A DNA stretch of 64,000 bases, taken from the NCBI GenBank assembly GCA_040767365.1, contig JAXGOR010000001.1, forward strand, positions 158,298-222,297, read 5' to 3'. The position numbers and the translations under genes are program-made. Below the pieces are notes generated by a model. It did not search any database, was not told where the DNA came from, and saw nothing but the letters and a program-made list of their open reading frames with translations. Each line of letters opens with the position of its first letter. The stretch's first letter is position 1. This DNA is from Clostridia bacterium (GTDB lineage Bacteria; Bacillota; Clostridia; Saccharofermentanales; DTU023). Below are positions 41,820-52,697 of this stretch, piece after piece.

Positions 41820-44337
41820 TTGACTTCAGACAAGACCAATAAAGAGACCTTGACGGTCGCCGTCCGCGACCTGGCTGAAAGCGTTGCCCGCCGGGGTGGT
41901 TTGGCCAGCCCGCTCCAGGCCGGGATCAGCGGGCTGGAGGGATCCGCACTCCACCGGGAATTCATAGAGGAGGCGGACCGCCTCTTTCCAGGCCAGGAAC
42001 TCTTCCCCGAACTGACCCTTGTCGGCCTCTACTCGGATGAGGCCCTCCCCTTCGACCTCCAGGTCCAGGGCCGGTGTGATCTGGTGACCCTCCCGCCCGG
42101 GGGACGGGCCAGCCTGATCGAGGTCAAGGGCTTCCGGGGCCAGGCCGCCTCCCTGCCGCCGGACGGCGATCCGGCCCATCTGGCCCAGGCCTCGCTCTAT
42201 GCCCATATGCTCTTGTCCAGCGATTTCCTCAGCTCGCGCGGGGCCAATGCGGAGGCCCTGGACCTGGAGCTCCGCTACATCGCCTTTAACGGCGGCCCGC
42301 CCCTGGTCATCCGGCGAAGCTGGACCCGGGAGGAGCTGGCCACTGAATTTGCCGCCCTCTGCGGAGCTTACGCCAGAAGCCTGGCCCCCCTCCACAGGCA
42401 CCGGGCCTTGCGTGACCAGGCCAACCGGGAGGCCAGTTTCCCCTACGAGGACCTGCGGGATGGACAAAAGGAGGTCATGCAGGAGGTCCTGGCGGCCATC
42501 CGCGACAGGACGGTTCTCTTTGTCCAGGCGCCGACAGGGATCGGCAAGACCATGGCCACCCTCTATCCTGCCATCAAGGCCCAGGCCAACCAGCTGACTG
42601 ACCGGATTTTCTACCTCACGCCGACCCGGTCCCAGAGAAAGGTGGCGGAGGACAGCCTGGACCTCCTCGGGTCCCAGGGTTTTCACATCCGTTCCCTGAC
42701 CCTCCAGGCCAAGGAATCCCTCTGCCTGGCGCCGGAATACTTCTGTGACCAGCGCCGCTGCCCCTATGCCCTGGCCTTCTACGACAATTTGCGGGAGGCC
42801 CGGCTTGACAGTTATTCATACCAGCGCCTGGTCCCCGCCAGGATCAGGGAACTGGCGGAGAAACACCGGATCTGTCCCTTTGAATTCTCCCTGGCCCTGA
42901 TCCCTTCGACCGATGTCGTCATCTGCGACTACAATTACGTCTTCAATCCCAGGATCCGGCTCCAGGGCCAGCTGGATGACCCCGGCCACCGCTATGCCCT
43001 CCTGGTCGACGAGGCCCATAATCTGGCCAGGCGGTCACGTGAGATGTTTTCCGCCTCCCTGTCCAGATCGGGGCTCCTGAAACTGAAGGAGGGTCTGGCC
43101 AGCCTGCCCAAGCTCCGTAAAAGGGATCAGGCGGGGCTCCTTTCGGCCTCACGCCCCCTTGACGACCTGCTCAGGAGCCTGGACCGCTTCAGGGACTTCC
43201 TGACGGCCGGCAAGCCACCGGAGGAGAAGGACCCCCTCCTTCTGGAATTGAAGGACTGCCGGCCGGTCTACCGCGACCGCTTCCTGGCGACCAAAAACAT
43301 CCCCCCCCGCCTCCTGGAGGAGGTCGCCAGACTGACGGCCCAGCTGACCCGCTTCCTGCAGGAACATGAGGATTTCCCCGGGCGTCAGGCCCTCCTCCTC
43401 CCCTACTTCGACCTGATCCACTTCCAGCGGGTAGCCGAACGTTACTACGACGAGGCCTATATCTGCTGCTGGCGGCCAGGCGGGGATGATGACTTGGCCA
43501 TGATCCTCCTGGCCCTGGACGCCTCCAGGCACTTGACCGACATCTACCGGGGCCGGTCGCCGGTCGTTTTCTTCTCCGCCACCCTCTCCCCCCTCCCCTA
43601 CTACCTCTCCCTGCTTGACGCCCAATCCGCGGTGGAAAAACCGGAGATTGTCAAGCTGAAGTCACCCTTCCCCTCTGAACGGCGCCTGGTGATATGCTAT
43701 GAGGAATTTTCCCTCCGGTATGGGGACCGGGCCCTCTCCCTGGACGCCATCGCCCGTCTGATCGGCCAGGTCGTCCGCCTTCGCAGAGGCCACTACCTGG
43801 TCTTCTCCCCCTCCTTCGCCTACCAGCGCCAGCTGGTCGCCCTGTCCCGGCAGGAGAAGGGAGGACATCGATTAAGTGGTCCAGCCGCCCCGGATGACGG
43901 AAAAGCAAAAGAACCGCTTCCTGGCCTATTTCCAGAAGACCGGCCGGGATAAAGCCCTGGTGGGTCTCACGGTCATGGGTTCCCTGCTGAATGAGGGCAT
44001 CGATCTGAAGGGTGAGGAGTTGACCGGGGTCCTGGTGATCGGGACAGGCCTGCCCGGCCTATCACCGGAAGGGGATATCCTGCGCCAGTACTATGATGGC
44101 AAAACCGGCCAGGGCTTCGAGTTCGCCTATGTCTGGCCGGGCTTCAACCGGGTCACCCAGGCGGCCGGCCGGCTCATCCGCAGCGGGGAGGATTACGGCC
44201 TGGTCCTCCTGATTGACGACCGCTACGGCCGGCCCGATTACAGGCAACTGCTCCCGGAGGACTGGCAGGCCCACCACACGGAGGACCGCCAGGAGTGCCT
44301 GGAATTGATCCGGGATTTCTGGGGGAACTTCGACTAG
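41820..44337 (+). CDS. DinG/Rad3-family FeS DNA helicase with N-terminal PD-(D/E)xK nuclease; disrupted at 43845-43875
   Basis: GRCD...IEVKG...AQASLYA nuclease motifs; QAPTGIGKT, four FeS cysteines, DEAHNL, FSATL, FSPSF, EGIDL, QAAGRLIR, LIDDRY. Confidence 0.88.
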
Positions 44338-44344
44338 GCCCGGG

Positions 44345-45124
44345 TCAGGACTTAGCCTCCCCCGAAGGGAGGGGGAAGTCAGGGCACTGGTCAAGCAGGG
44401 CCAGCCTCTTATACTCTTTTTCCATCTTTTCCTCAACCCAGCGGTCGACCAGGCAGGAGGCCTCCCGCTTGACGGCGGTGGAGGCCTGGAAACGGTAGAG
44501 CTTGCTGAAGGGAACTGTCGTCACATGCCGGAGGAGGGCCAGGCACCCCCTGGACAAGGGTGTCAGCGTCTCCTCCCTGACCCGGACCGCGTCCTGGGAG
44601 CAGAGAAGGCCGCCCTCACGGAAACTGAAGCCAGCCGGCTCCCTGGTCGGGTCCCGGCAGATGACGCAGGCATCAAGCCCCGGGGCCAGGCCGATCTCCT
44701 CCATGAGGCGCAGGCTGGCCAGGCGGGCGACGAGGACAGGGTCCTCGGAGACCGATATCTCATAGACCGTATAGGCCCAGAGGTCAAAGAGCGGCCTCTG
44801 GGGCTCGTCATTGCGGGCGACATCGGAGAAGACCTCTGCCGCATGGGAGGCGGCCGCCAGCCTGTCCAGGTCACTGGAGATGGCGATGAAGCTCTCAATC
44901 ACGGCCCCATCCTTAATGGTGTAGCGGGACTGGCGGCAGGTCAGGGTCAGCTCGGAAAGGGAAAAGAGTTGGGTCAGGCCCCGCAGGCGGCTGCGGAGGC
45001 TTTCACCCGCCGGCGCCAGGGCCGTGATCAAGCCGTGATCGGGCGTGAGCAGATGGAGTAGCCGGTGCCGGTCCTTCCAGGGGAAGGAGTTCATGACAAA
45101 GGCCTTGGTCACCAGGGTGCTCAT
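44345..45124 (-). CDS. recO: DNA repair protein RecO
   Basis: RLLHLLTPDHGLI, LTQLFS, GLAPGLDACVIC, FSFREGGLLC; follows era; ATG at 45124. Confidence 0.88.
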   Translation of the reverse strand: MSTLVTKAFVMNSFPWKDRHRLLHLLTPDHGLITALAPAGESLRSRLRGLTQLFSLSELTLTCRQSRYTIKDGAVIESFIAISSDLDRLAAASHAAEVFSDVARNDEPQRPLFDLWAYTVYEISVSEDPVLVARLASLRLMEEIGLAPGLDACVICRDPTREPAGFSFREGGLLCSQDAVRVREETLTPLSRGCLALLRHVTTVPFSKLYRFQASTAVKREASCLVDRWVEEKMEKEYKRLALLDQCPDFPLPSGEAKS

Positions 45125-45125
45125 A

Positions 45126-46543
45126 TCAATCCCCGCCGGCCAATCCCACATCCTGAAGGTCCTGCGGCCTGTTCTGCCAGTTGGGCTTGACCTTGACGAA
45201 GAGGGAGAGGTGGACCCGGGCGTCCAGCAGCTCCTCAATGGCTTGGCGGGCGGCGATCCCGATCGACTTGATCCGGCTGCCGCCCCGGCCGATCAGGATC
45301 TGCTTATGCGACTCCCTCTCACAGATGATCAGGGCGCCAATCTCCACCTGGCGCGCTCCCCCCTCTTCCTCGTATTCCTCGAAGCTTTCGATCAGGACAG
45401 TCACGCCGTAGGGGACCTCCTGGCCCGTCTGGTCCAGGACCTCCCGCCTGATCAATTCGGCTGACAGGGTCCGCTCGGTCTGGTCCGTCTCATCCTCCGG
45501 GTCAAAGAGGCGGCGCCTGACCGGGAGGAGGCGGATCATCTCCTCCAACAAGCGGTCGACCCCGTCACCGGTAAGGGCTGAAACAGGCACATAGGCGTCC
45601 AGCTTCAGCTCCTCGTCATAGGCCTGGATCAGGCCCAGAATATTTTCCTTGGGTGAGAGGTCGATCTTATTGATGGCCAGGATGACCGGCTTGCCCTCCC
45701 GCTTCGCCTCCCCAATGACCTGTTCCTCCAGCCGGCCGACAAAGGGCTTCCAGGCGGCGTCCACCAGGACAACAAGCAGGTCGGCCTGGCCGGTCGCCCT
45801 TGTCGCCGCCTTCATCATGGCCTTGCCAAGCGCGTTCCTGGTCGATGGAGGCCGGGTGTATCCAGGAGGGCGATCTGGTAATGATCCCCTGTCAGGACAC
45901 TGCGGATGGCCTGGCGGGTGGTTTGGGCCTTGGGGGAGGTGATGGCCAGGGTCCTGTCGGACAGCTCATTGAGCAGGGTGGATTTGCCCACATTGGGCCT
46001 GCCCGCCAGGGCGACAAAACCGCAGGGGACCTCCTCCAGATCCGCCAGGAGTTTTGCCTGCAAGGCCTCCATGAGAAGGGCCTCCCGGTCTGTCCCGTGA
46101 TCATAACCCAGGAGATGCAAGACCCCATGGATGACCAGGAGGCGGAGTTCCGCCTCGAAGCTCCGGCCGTAGTCCTCCGCCTGCTGGTCCACCCGGGAGG
46201 GCGAGATGACCAGGTCCCCCAGGAAGAGGGCCTTGGGCTTCCCCTCCCCGCCCAGGAATTCCCAGGCCTCGATGGCGGCGGCCGGCCGGCCCTCCTTCAT
46301 CTCCCGGGCGGGGAAGGACAGGATATCGGTCTCCTGGTCCAGCCCCCTTTGCTCCCGGTTGATCTGCCTCATGGACCGGGGCCCGACCAGGGTCCAGTCA
46401 AGGGAAACCCCGGTTCCCTCCGCCAGCAATTCCTGGACGAAGGGCAGGCTGAAGAGGGCGTGCGAAGCCGCCTCCCGGACGACGGGAACCAGGCGGGACA
46501 GGGGGTAGCGGCGCTGCCGGTTGACATGGTTGAGCTCAATCAT
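45126..46543 (-). CDS. era: YbeY-Era fusion (rRNA maturation factor fused to GTPase Era), 1-nt frameshift near 45840
   Basis: Ybe[26 protein letters not shown] run in frame into Era [24 protein letters not shown]; second ORF carries NKID, VSA, EVPY, ILIGRGG, L.LFVKV. Confidence 0.9.
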
Positions 46544-46562
46544 AGGCTGCCTGCCTGGCCGC

Positions 46563-48743
46563 TCAGGCTTCAGAGGGCCGGGCGGGGGTCTTGCCCGGTT
46601 TCCTGTAGGGGACCCGCTCATGGAAGTGGCCGGCGTATACCTGGAGGAAGGAGCCGCTTATGGTCTCAATATCGGCAAAGGAGAGGCCGGAGTACTTGAG
46701 CTGATCCTGGTCGATCTTATCCCGGATGACCCGGTTGACCAGGGCCTCCGCCTCCTCCAGGAGCTGGACCTGCTCCGAGCGCATGGCCGCTTCGACTGAA
46801 TCCGCCAGCATGACAAGGGCTGATTCACGAGAGCTGGGGAGGGGCGTCCGGTAGCGGAAGGCATCGGCGGAAGGTGGCTCCTCACCCTTGGCCGCGGCCT
46901 CAGCCAGGGCCTTGTCATAGAAATACTGGAGCAGGGTGCTGCCGTGGTGTTCGTTGGCGATGCGGAGGAGGGGCTGGGGTAGCCTGTATTTCCGGCCAAG
47001 GGCCAGGCTGTCCTCCGGATGGCGGGTGATGATGCGGGCACTTTCCAGGGCCGGCAGCCTGTCATGGGGGTTCTCCCCGGTCTGGTTCTCGGTGAACATG
47101 AGGGGGGCCTCCAGTTTGCCGGCATCATGGAAGTAGGCGCCCACCCGGGCGATCATGGCATTGGCCCCGATGGCCTCCGCCGCCGTATCCGCCAGGTTGG
47201 CCACCATCATGCTGTGCTGGGAGGTGCCGGGCGCCTCCACGAAGAGCCGTTTCATGAGAGGGTGTCCGGGCTGGGAGAGCTCGATCAGGCGGAGGGGCGA
47301 AACCGTATTGAAGATCAGTTCGAAAAGGGGCATGATCCCGATCCCGATGATGACGGACAGGGCGCCGGAGAGAGTGGCCTGGAGGACATTTGAAGTCACG
47401 CCCGTCCAGGAATCCTTTTGCAGGAGGCCGGCGATCAGGGTTGCCCCCGCGTTGACGAAGGAGGTGGCCAGGATAATCCGGGCGTAATTATCGTGCCGGC
47501 CCGTCCCCTTGGTGAAGAGGGCCGCGATGGTACAGCCCAGGAGGGCGACCAGTGGAAAGCTTGGATTGAAGCCCGTCATGGGCATGACGGCAATGATCAG
47601 CATGGACGAGAGGAAGAGGGAGGTCTTCAGGCCAAAATAGGCTGTAATGACAACCGCCGCGAAATAGACAGGGGGTGTAAAGGGGTAATCACGGGCCAGA
47701 TAGGCTGACATGACAAGGGGGATCAGGATGGCCAGGACCAGGGCTAGGGTGTTCCGTGGCGTCGAGACCAGGAGGTCGGAGGAATAGCGGGAGAAGAAGA
47801 TCAGGGCCACCAGGCCGATCATGAGAACCAGGGCCAGGGAGGAGCCCAGGCGCAGCCAATCAAAGCTGACCCCCACCGTCAGATTCAGGTCGTCCAGCAT
47901 GGCCTTCATCTCGGCTGAGATGACGTCCCCCTGGCTGATGATCCGGACCCCCCGGTTGATCATGACGGGGTTGTTGACGACCCGCTCGTAGGCCGCCTTC
48001 TTGGCCTTGTCGGTCGCCTCCTGGTTGAACTCCACATTGGGTTGCAGTAAAAAGGTCAGGAGGCGGCCCGTGAGGGCGGCGTCATCCCGATAGTATTCCA
48101 TGGTCTCTTCAAGGCGGGCCGTGGTCTCCCCGATCGCCTCCTTGAGGCCACCGGCGTCCAGGGTCCTGGCCACGATGGCCCCACCCTCCGCGAAGACCAG
48201 GGCCGACAGGTGCTCAAAGCGGTCCTCCTCCATGCGGATCATGAGATCGGCGTCTCCCGAGGGAAGGACCAGGCCCAGGGACTGGTCAAGGGCGGAGATG
48301 AGGGAGGAGATGGCCAGTTCAATCTCCTGGCTGTCCGGCCGCCTGGTCCGGTCGGAGGCCTTCCCCTCTTCATTGCTTTCCTGGCCGTCCTCACCGGGAA
48401 CAGGCTCAACCTCGACGACAGGCTCCTTGTAGAGGAGATCCCGCTTTTCCCGGATCAGGGCGATGAGGCCCCGGATCCTTTCCCGCGACGCCTCGCTCTT
48501 GTCCTCCGACCGGATCATGATGTTGGGGACCTGGGACATCTCCGCCAGGGCCCGCCGCTCAGTCTCCGCCTCATCGGCGATATCCCGGGGGGCCGCGATA
48601 TCATAGGGGCTGATGTCGCCGACCTGGAGGTCGTACTGCCGGGGGGTGGCGCCAAGATAGACCGCGACCGTAATGACGACGAGGGCGATCAGGATGAACA
48701 ATAGGTTGACGGCCAGGCGGGCCTTCGACTGCTTCTTTTCCAC
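46563..48743 (-). CDS. pgpH: 7TM-HD phosphohydrolase (PgpH-like cyclic-di-AMP phosphodiesterase)
   Basis: Extracellular domain, 7 TM segments, [35 protein letters not shown]; GTG 48743 after AGGAGGT; between phoH and ybeY as in other Firmicutes. Confidence 0.85.
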   Translation of the reverse strand: MEKKQSKARLAVNLLFILIALVVITVAVYLGATPRQYDLQVGDISPYDIAAPRDIADEAETERRALAEMSQVPNIMIRSEDKSEASRERIRGLIALIREKRDLLYKEPVVEVEPVPGEDGQESNEEGKASDRTRRPDSQEIELAISSLISALDQSLGLVLPSGDADLMIRMEEDRFEHLSALVFAEGGAIVARTLDAGGLKEAIGETTARLEETMEYYRDDAALTGRLLTFLLQPNVEFNQEATDKAKKAAYERVVNNPVMINRGVRIISQGDVISAEMKAMLDDLNLTVGVSFDWLRLGSSLALVLMIGLVALIFFSRYSSDLLVSTPRNTLALVLAILIPLVMSAYLARDYPFTPPVYFAAVVITAYFGLKTSLFLSSMLIIAVMPMTGFNPSFPLVALLGCTIAALFTKGTGRHDNYARIILATSFVNAGATLIAGLLQKDSWTGVTSNVLQATLSGALSVIIGIGIMPLFELIFNTVSPLRLIELSQPGHPLMKRLFVEAPGTSQHSMMVANLADTAAEAIGANAMIARVGAYFHDAGKLEAPLMFTENQTGENPHDRLPALESARIITRHPEDSLALGRKYRLPQPLLRIANEHHGSTLLQYFYDKALAEAAAKGEEPPSADAFRYRTPLPSSRESALVMLADSVEAAMRSEQVQLLEEAEALVNRVIRDKIDQDQLKYSGLSFADIETISGSFLQVYAGHFHERVPYRKPGKTPARPSEA

Positions 48744-48747
48744 CCGC

Positions 48748-49752
48748 TTACCTCCTGCCTCCCCGCTCTCCCCGCCTGCCGGCGGTATCCTTTTCATAGG
48801 CCCGGATGATCCGCTGGACCAGGGGGTTGCGGACAACATCCCGCTCGGTCAGCCGGACACTCTTGATACCCTCCAGCGAACCGAGCAGGGCGGCTACCTC
48901 GGCCAGCCCGCTCTTGCGCCTGACGGGCAGGTCGATCTGGGTGATGTCGCCGGTGACGACGGCCTTGGCATTGTAGCCGATCCGGGTGAGGAACATCTTC
49001 ATCTGGTCCCGGGTCGTATTCTGGGCCTCGTCCAGGATTATGAAGGCATCGTCAAGTGTCCGCCCCCGCATATAGGCCAGGGGCGATATCTCGATCTCCT
49101 GCCGCTCCAGGTGGCGCTGGTAGGTCTCAAAGCCCATGAGATCATTCAGGGCATCGTAGAGGGGCCTCATGTAGGGATCCACCTTGCTTTGGAGATCGCC
49201 CGGCAGGAAGCCGAGATTCTCCCCCGCCTCGATGGCGGGCCGGGTCAGGATGATCCGGGAGACCTGGTGGGCGCGAAAGGCCTTGACCGCCATGGCGACC
49301 GCCAGATAGGTCTTGCCCGTACCGGCCGGCCCGATGGAGAAGGTCAGCTCATGCTTGCTGATCGCGTCAATATAGAGCTGTTGGCCCTTGGTCTTGGACA
49401 GGATGGGCCGCCCCTTGGCGTTGACGCAGATAAGATCCGGCGTGAAGGCCTCCACATCGCTGAAATCGCCTGTGGCGGAGGCATCGATCAGGTAGCGGAC
49501 AAACTGCTCGGTGACAGGGGCCGCCCCCGTGCGGAAAAGCTCATAGAGGCGGGTGATGATCTTGCTGGCCTGCTCGACCGAGCCCTTGTCCGGACCACGG
49601 ATGACCAGGCCCTGGGCCGTAGGATCACAAACTACGCCGAAGGCCTGGTTGAAAAGGGAGGCATTCCCGTTGCAGGCGCCAAGGACCACCAGTCCCTCCT
49701 CAGGGCTTTCCAATTCGATTTGTTTTTCAAATACAATATCCTTTTTATCCAT
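48748..49752 (-). CDS. phoH: PhoH family ATPase
   Basis: GPAGTGKTYLA, LTRPAIEAGENLGFLPGD, PLAYMRGRT, DEAQN, GDITQIDLP. Confidence 0.95.
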   Translation of the reverse strand: MDKKDIVFEKQIELESPEEGLVVLGACNGNASLFNQAFGVVCDPTAQGLVIRGPDKGSVEQASKIITRLYELFRTGAAPVTEQFVRYLIDASATGDFSDVEAFTPDLICVNAKGRPILSKTKGQQLYIDAISKHELTFSIGPAGTGKTYLAVAMAVKAFRAHQVSRIILTRPAIEAGENLGFLPGDLQSKVDPYMRPLYDALNDLMGFETYQRHLERQEIEISPLAYMRGRTLDDAFIILDEAQNTTRDQMKMFLTRIGYNAKAVVTGDITQIDLPVRRKSGLAEVAALLGSLEGIKSVRLTERDVVRNPLVQRIIRAYEKDTAGRRGERGGRR

Positions 49753-49799
49753 TGGGCTCCCTTATACTGTTTTCCGGCCTGGCCTCCCCGGCCGGGCCG

Positions 49800-50513
49800 C
49801 TAGTCGACCGGCTCCAGAAGTTCCATCTGGTAGGCGATCCTGTCTTCATTGAGGGCAGGGATGGTCACCTTCTCATCCTTGCGCACGGTAATATTGATCG
49901 ACTCGTCCGGCACCTGTTTCTTGATGTTGTCGCCCACCGAGAGCAGGTAGGGGACGACATAGGAATCAATCTTGCCGGGATCGATGATGGCCTTGATCTC
50001 GAAGGGCGAACCGCGATCAAAACCGACCCCGTTGATCAGGATCGTGTCCTGGCTGGTCCGGACCTCGGAGGTGGCGACCTTCCTCTCCTCGTTGATGGCG
50101 ATGGCCTGGGCGCCAAGGGCCGACAATTCATTGACATATTGCCGGATCACGGCATCCTGCATCTTGTAGCCTTCCAGGGGGGTCAGGCTGATGACGACCC
50201 CGGCGTTCCTGACCGGCCTGAGGCCGGCGAAAAGGGCGTATTGTTCCTTCTCCTCCACGATATGCAGGTAGCTCTCCCCCTCCCCGCTTGCCAGCTCCGC
50301 CTCCAGTTCCCGGAGGTATTCATAGAGCCGGATATTCCGGTTGTTCAGGTCCTCATTCTTCTTCTGGTAATCGATGATCGCGTTCTGCAGTTCCTGCAGG
50401 CTCTTGCCCCCCAGGTTGGCGGCATTGAGGTTTTTCATCAAGAGCGCGACCACCAGGCCGACCAGGATGCAGACGACCAGGAGGGACGCGTATTGGAAGC
50501 CTTTGTTTTTCAT
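49800..50513 (-). CDS. DUF881 family protein
   Basis: TM plus coiled coil, AGL..V.N.GV, VNEL.A.GAQAIAIN..R..ATSEVR. Confidence 0.8.
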   Translation of the reverse strand: MKNKGFQYASLLVVCILVGLVVALLMKNLNAANLGGKSLQELQNAIIDYQKKNEDLNNRNIRLYEYLRELEAELASGEGESYLHIVEEKEQYALFAGLRPVRNAGVVISLTPLEGYKMQDAVIRQYVNELSALGAQAIAINEERKVATSEVRTSQDTILINGVGFDRGSPFEIKAIIDPGKIDSYVVPYLLSVGDNIKKQVPDESINITVRKDEKVTIPALNEDRIAYQMELLEPVD

Positions 50514-50538
50514 ATATTCTACCCCCTACCCGGCCCCG

Positions 50539-51267
50539 CTAGGGTTCCCGTAACAGATTGATGTACGGGAGATGATCGTGTGTCCTGGAAAAGGACGGCA
50601 GGGTCAGGTCATCTTTTTCCTCCAGGCTGAGGCGGACCCCAATTTTGCTTTGTGTCAGATGGGCCAGATAGGAATCCGATTCCAGCTGGGACCGCATGGC
50701 CCCCGCCGGTCCGATGGCCTCAATGACATAGGGCGGCATCTGACGGATCCCGTAACAGAGGATGGTCGGGCCCACACAGCTGATCTCTGAAACGGCCGTC
50801 AATCTGATCCCATTGATGGCGAGCGCCCGGGCGCCGGCTGACCAGAGCAGATTGATCACATAATTGAGGGTGCTGTCATGGATGACCGCCTCGATGGGAT
50901 CGGCCAGCGGATCGTAATCGAGTTTGTCATCCAGAACCAATATAATACCCCCTCCGGCCACATCTGTCATACCGGCCAGGAGGGCGTTCTCCCGAAGCTC
51001 CGCCAGGACGGCGCCCAGATCCTCATAGTCCTCGAAGCGGCGGAGGAGTATCCGCTTCCGTTCTTCCAGATCCTCATTCTGCGACTGGAGCAGGAGGTTG
51101 CGGGACTCCTCCTCAAGCAGGTCCTCATTGGCCTGCCTGATGGCGGCCAGGTCAAGATCCTCCCCCCGGCCCACCCGGAACAAGCCCTTGAGGAGGCTGC
51201 CGGCGGCCAGGCCCACCACCAGCGCCAGGAGGAGGGTCAGGGTCCTGATCCATTGAGCCGTCTTCAT
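50539..51267 (-). CDS. DUF881 family protein
   Basis: AGMTDVAGGGI.LVLDD, IHDSTL..VIN.LWSAGA.ALAING.RL...SEI.CVGPTI, PPYVIEAIG. Confidence 0.85.
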   Translation of the reverse strand: MKTAQWIRTLTLLLALVVGLAAGSLLKGLFRVGRGEDLDLAAIRQANEDLLEEESRNLLLQSQNEDLEERKRILLRRFEDYEDLGAVLAELRENALLAGMTDVAGGGIILVLDDKLDYDPLADPIEAVIHDSTLNYVINLLWSAGARALAINGIRLTAVSEISCVGPTILCYGIRQMPPYVIEAIGPAGAMRSQLESDSYLAHLTQSKIGVRLSLEEKDDLTLPSFSRTHDHLPYINLLREP

Positions 51268-51270
51268 GTT

Positions 51271-52185
51271 TCAACCATCCTCCTTCTCCATAAAGGGTTT
51301 GAAACGGTCGGGAAGCGGGCTGCGGCAGTCAATCTCCTCCCCCGTGACCGGATGCCTGAAAACCAGGGCCGAGGCATGAAGGAGCTGCTGGTCAGGATCA
51401 CCCGGCCGCGGCCGCCCCCCATAGAGCCTGTCCCCGACTACGGGATGCCCGATATAGGCCAGATGCACCCGGATCTGGTGGGTCCTCCCCGTGATCAGCC
51501 GACAGCGCAGGTGGGAATTCTCCCCATAGGCGGCCAGGAACTCAAACTCCGTCTTCGCCTCCTTCCCGTCCTCCCGGACAAACATTTTCTTCCGGTTGAC
51601 GTCGCCCCTGGCGATGGGGGCCTCGATCAGCCCCTGGTTGGCGTCCGGCCTGCCCCTGACCAGGGCGTCGTAATAGCGGCCTATCGAACCCTTCTTGAAG
51701 AGGTCGGCCAGCAGCTTATGCGTCTGGTTGTCACGGGCGATCAGGAGGATGCCCGAGCTATCCTTGTCCAGCCGGTGGACGATCCCCGGCCGGTCCTCCC
51801 CTCCCCTGTCGGACAGCCGGTCGGGGTAAAGGGCAAGAACGGCGTTGACCAGGGTCCCCGAAGGATGGCCGGGGGCCGGATGCACGACCAGGCCGGCCGG
51901 CTTGTCCACCAGGGCCAGCCAGTCATCCTCGTAGAGGATCCGGAGGGGGAGCGGCTGGGCCTGGGGCCCGGCCGGGTCCTCCTGGCCGGACAGGTCCAGT
52001 TCGACCCGGTCGCCGGCCACCAGCAGGCTGGAGGGCGTCGCGGGAAGGCCGTTGACAGTCACGACGCCCTCCTTGATCTGCCGCTTCCACCGCTCACGCG
52101 AATCGCCGGGGAAACGGCTGGCCAACCACTTGTCCAGCCTATTTCCGGCTTCCCCCGCTTCGATCAGGTGGGATTCCCGGCTCAC
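51271..52185 (-). CDS. RluA/RluD family pseudouridine synthase with S4 domain
   Basis: RLDKWL, DKPAGLVVHP, HRLDKDSSG, TGRTHQIRVH, GDRLYG; follows lspA. Confidence 0.93.
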   Translation of the reverse strand: MSRESHLIEAGEAGNRLDKWLASRFPGDSRERWKRQIKEGVVTVNGLPATPSSLLVAGDRVELDLSGQEDPAGPQAQPLPLRILYEDDWLALVDKPAGLVVHPAPGHPSGTLVNAVLALYPDRLSDRGGEDRPGIVHRLDKDSSGILLIARDNQTHKLLADLFKKGSIGRYYDALVRGRPDANQGLIEAPIARGDVNRKKMFVREDGKEAKTEFEFLAAYGENSHLRCRLITGRTHQIRVHLAYIGHPVVGDRLYGGRPRPGDPDQQLLHASALVFRHPVTGEEIDCRSPLPDRFKPFMEKEDG

Positions 52186-52697
52186 GCTTCCTCCTCTTCC
52201 TCCTCTTCTTCCTCCGGTTTATCCGGGCTTCCCCCAAAGGGGACACTGAAAAAATGCCGGTCCCTGAGCGAGAAGAAGATCAGGAGGAAGACCCCGATTG
52301 TGATCATGGCGTCGGCCAGGTTGAAGGTGGGAAAGGCGTAGGAACCGAAGGTGAAGGAGAGGAAGTCGGTGACCGCCCCCAACCTAAGCCGGTCGATCAG
52401 GTTGCCCGCGCTCCCCGCGACCAGGAGGATAAGCACCGATTTGGCCCGGAGGTCCTCCGCCTTCCTCATAAACCAAAGCAGGGCGAAGAGGACAATCGAT
52501 GACAGGATGATCAGGAGGACCAGGCCCCAGGTCCTGTTGGAGAAGATACTCCAGGCCGCCCCCTTGTTGTAGATGCAACTCAGGTCAAAGAAGCCCGGTA
52601 TGACCGTCACGGATCCGCCGGGGCCGATCAGGCGCTCCGACAAACCCTTGGTCCACTGGTCGGCCAAGATCAGGATTAGAACGATTATCGCCTCCAT
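52182..52697 (-). CDS. lspA: Lipoprotein signal peptidase II
   Basis: DQWTK, NKGAAWS, GNLIDR, VTDF, FNLAD. Confidence 0.95.
   Translation of the reverse strand: MEAIIVLILILADQWTKGLSERLIGPGGSVTVIPGFFDLSCIYNKGAAWSIFSNRTWGLVLLIILSSIVLFALLWFMRKAEDLRAKSVLILLVAGSAGNLIDRLRLGAVTDFLSFTFGSYAFPTFNLADAMITIGVFLLIFFSLRDRHFFSVPFGGSPDKPEEEEEEEEEA

Noticed and set aside
41820-42400. Cas4 / type IV CRISPR-associated DinG
   Set aside because: No CRISPR array or other cas genes; the nuclease is fused to a housekeeping-type FeS helicase
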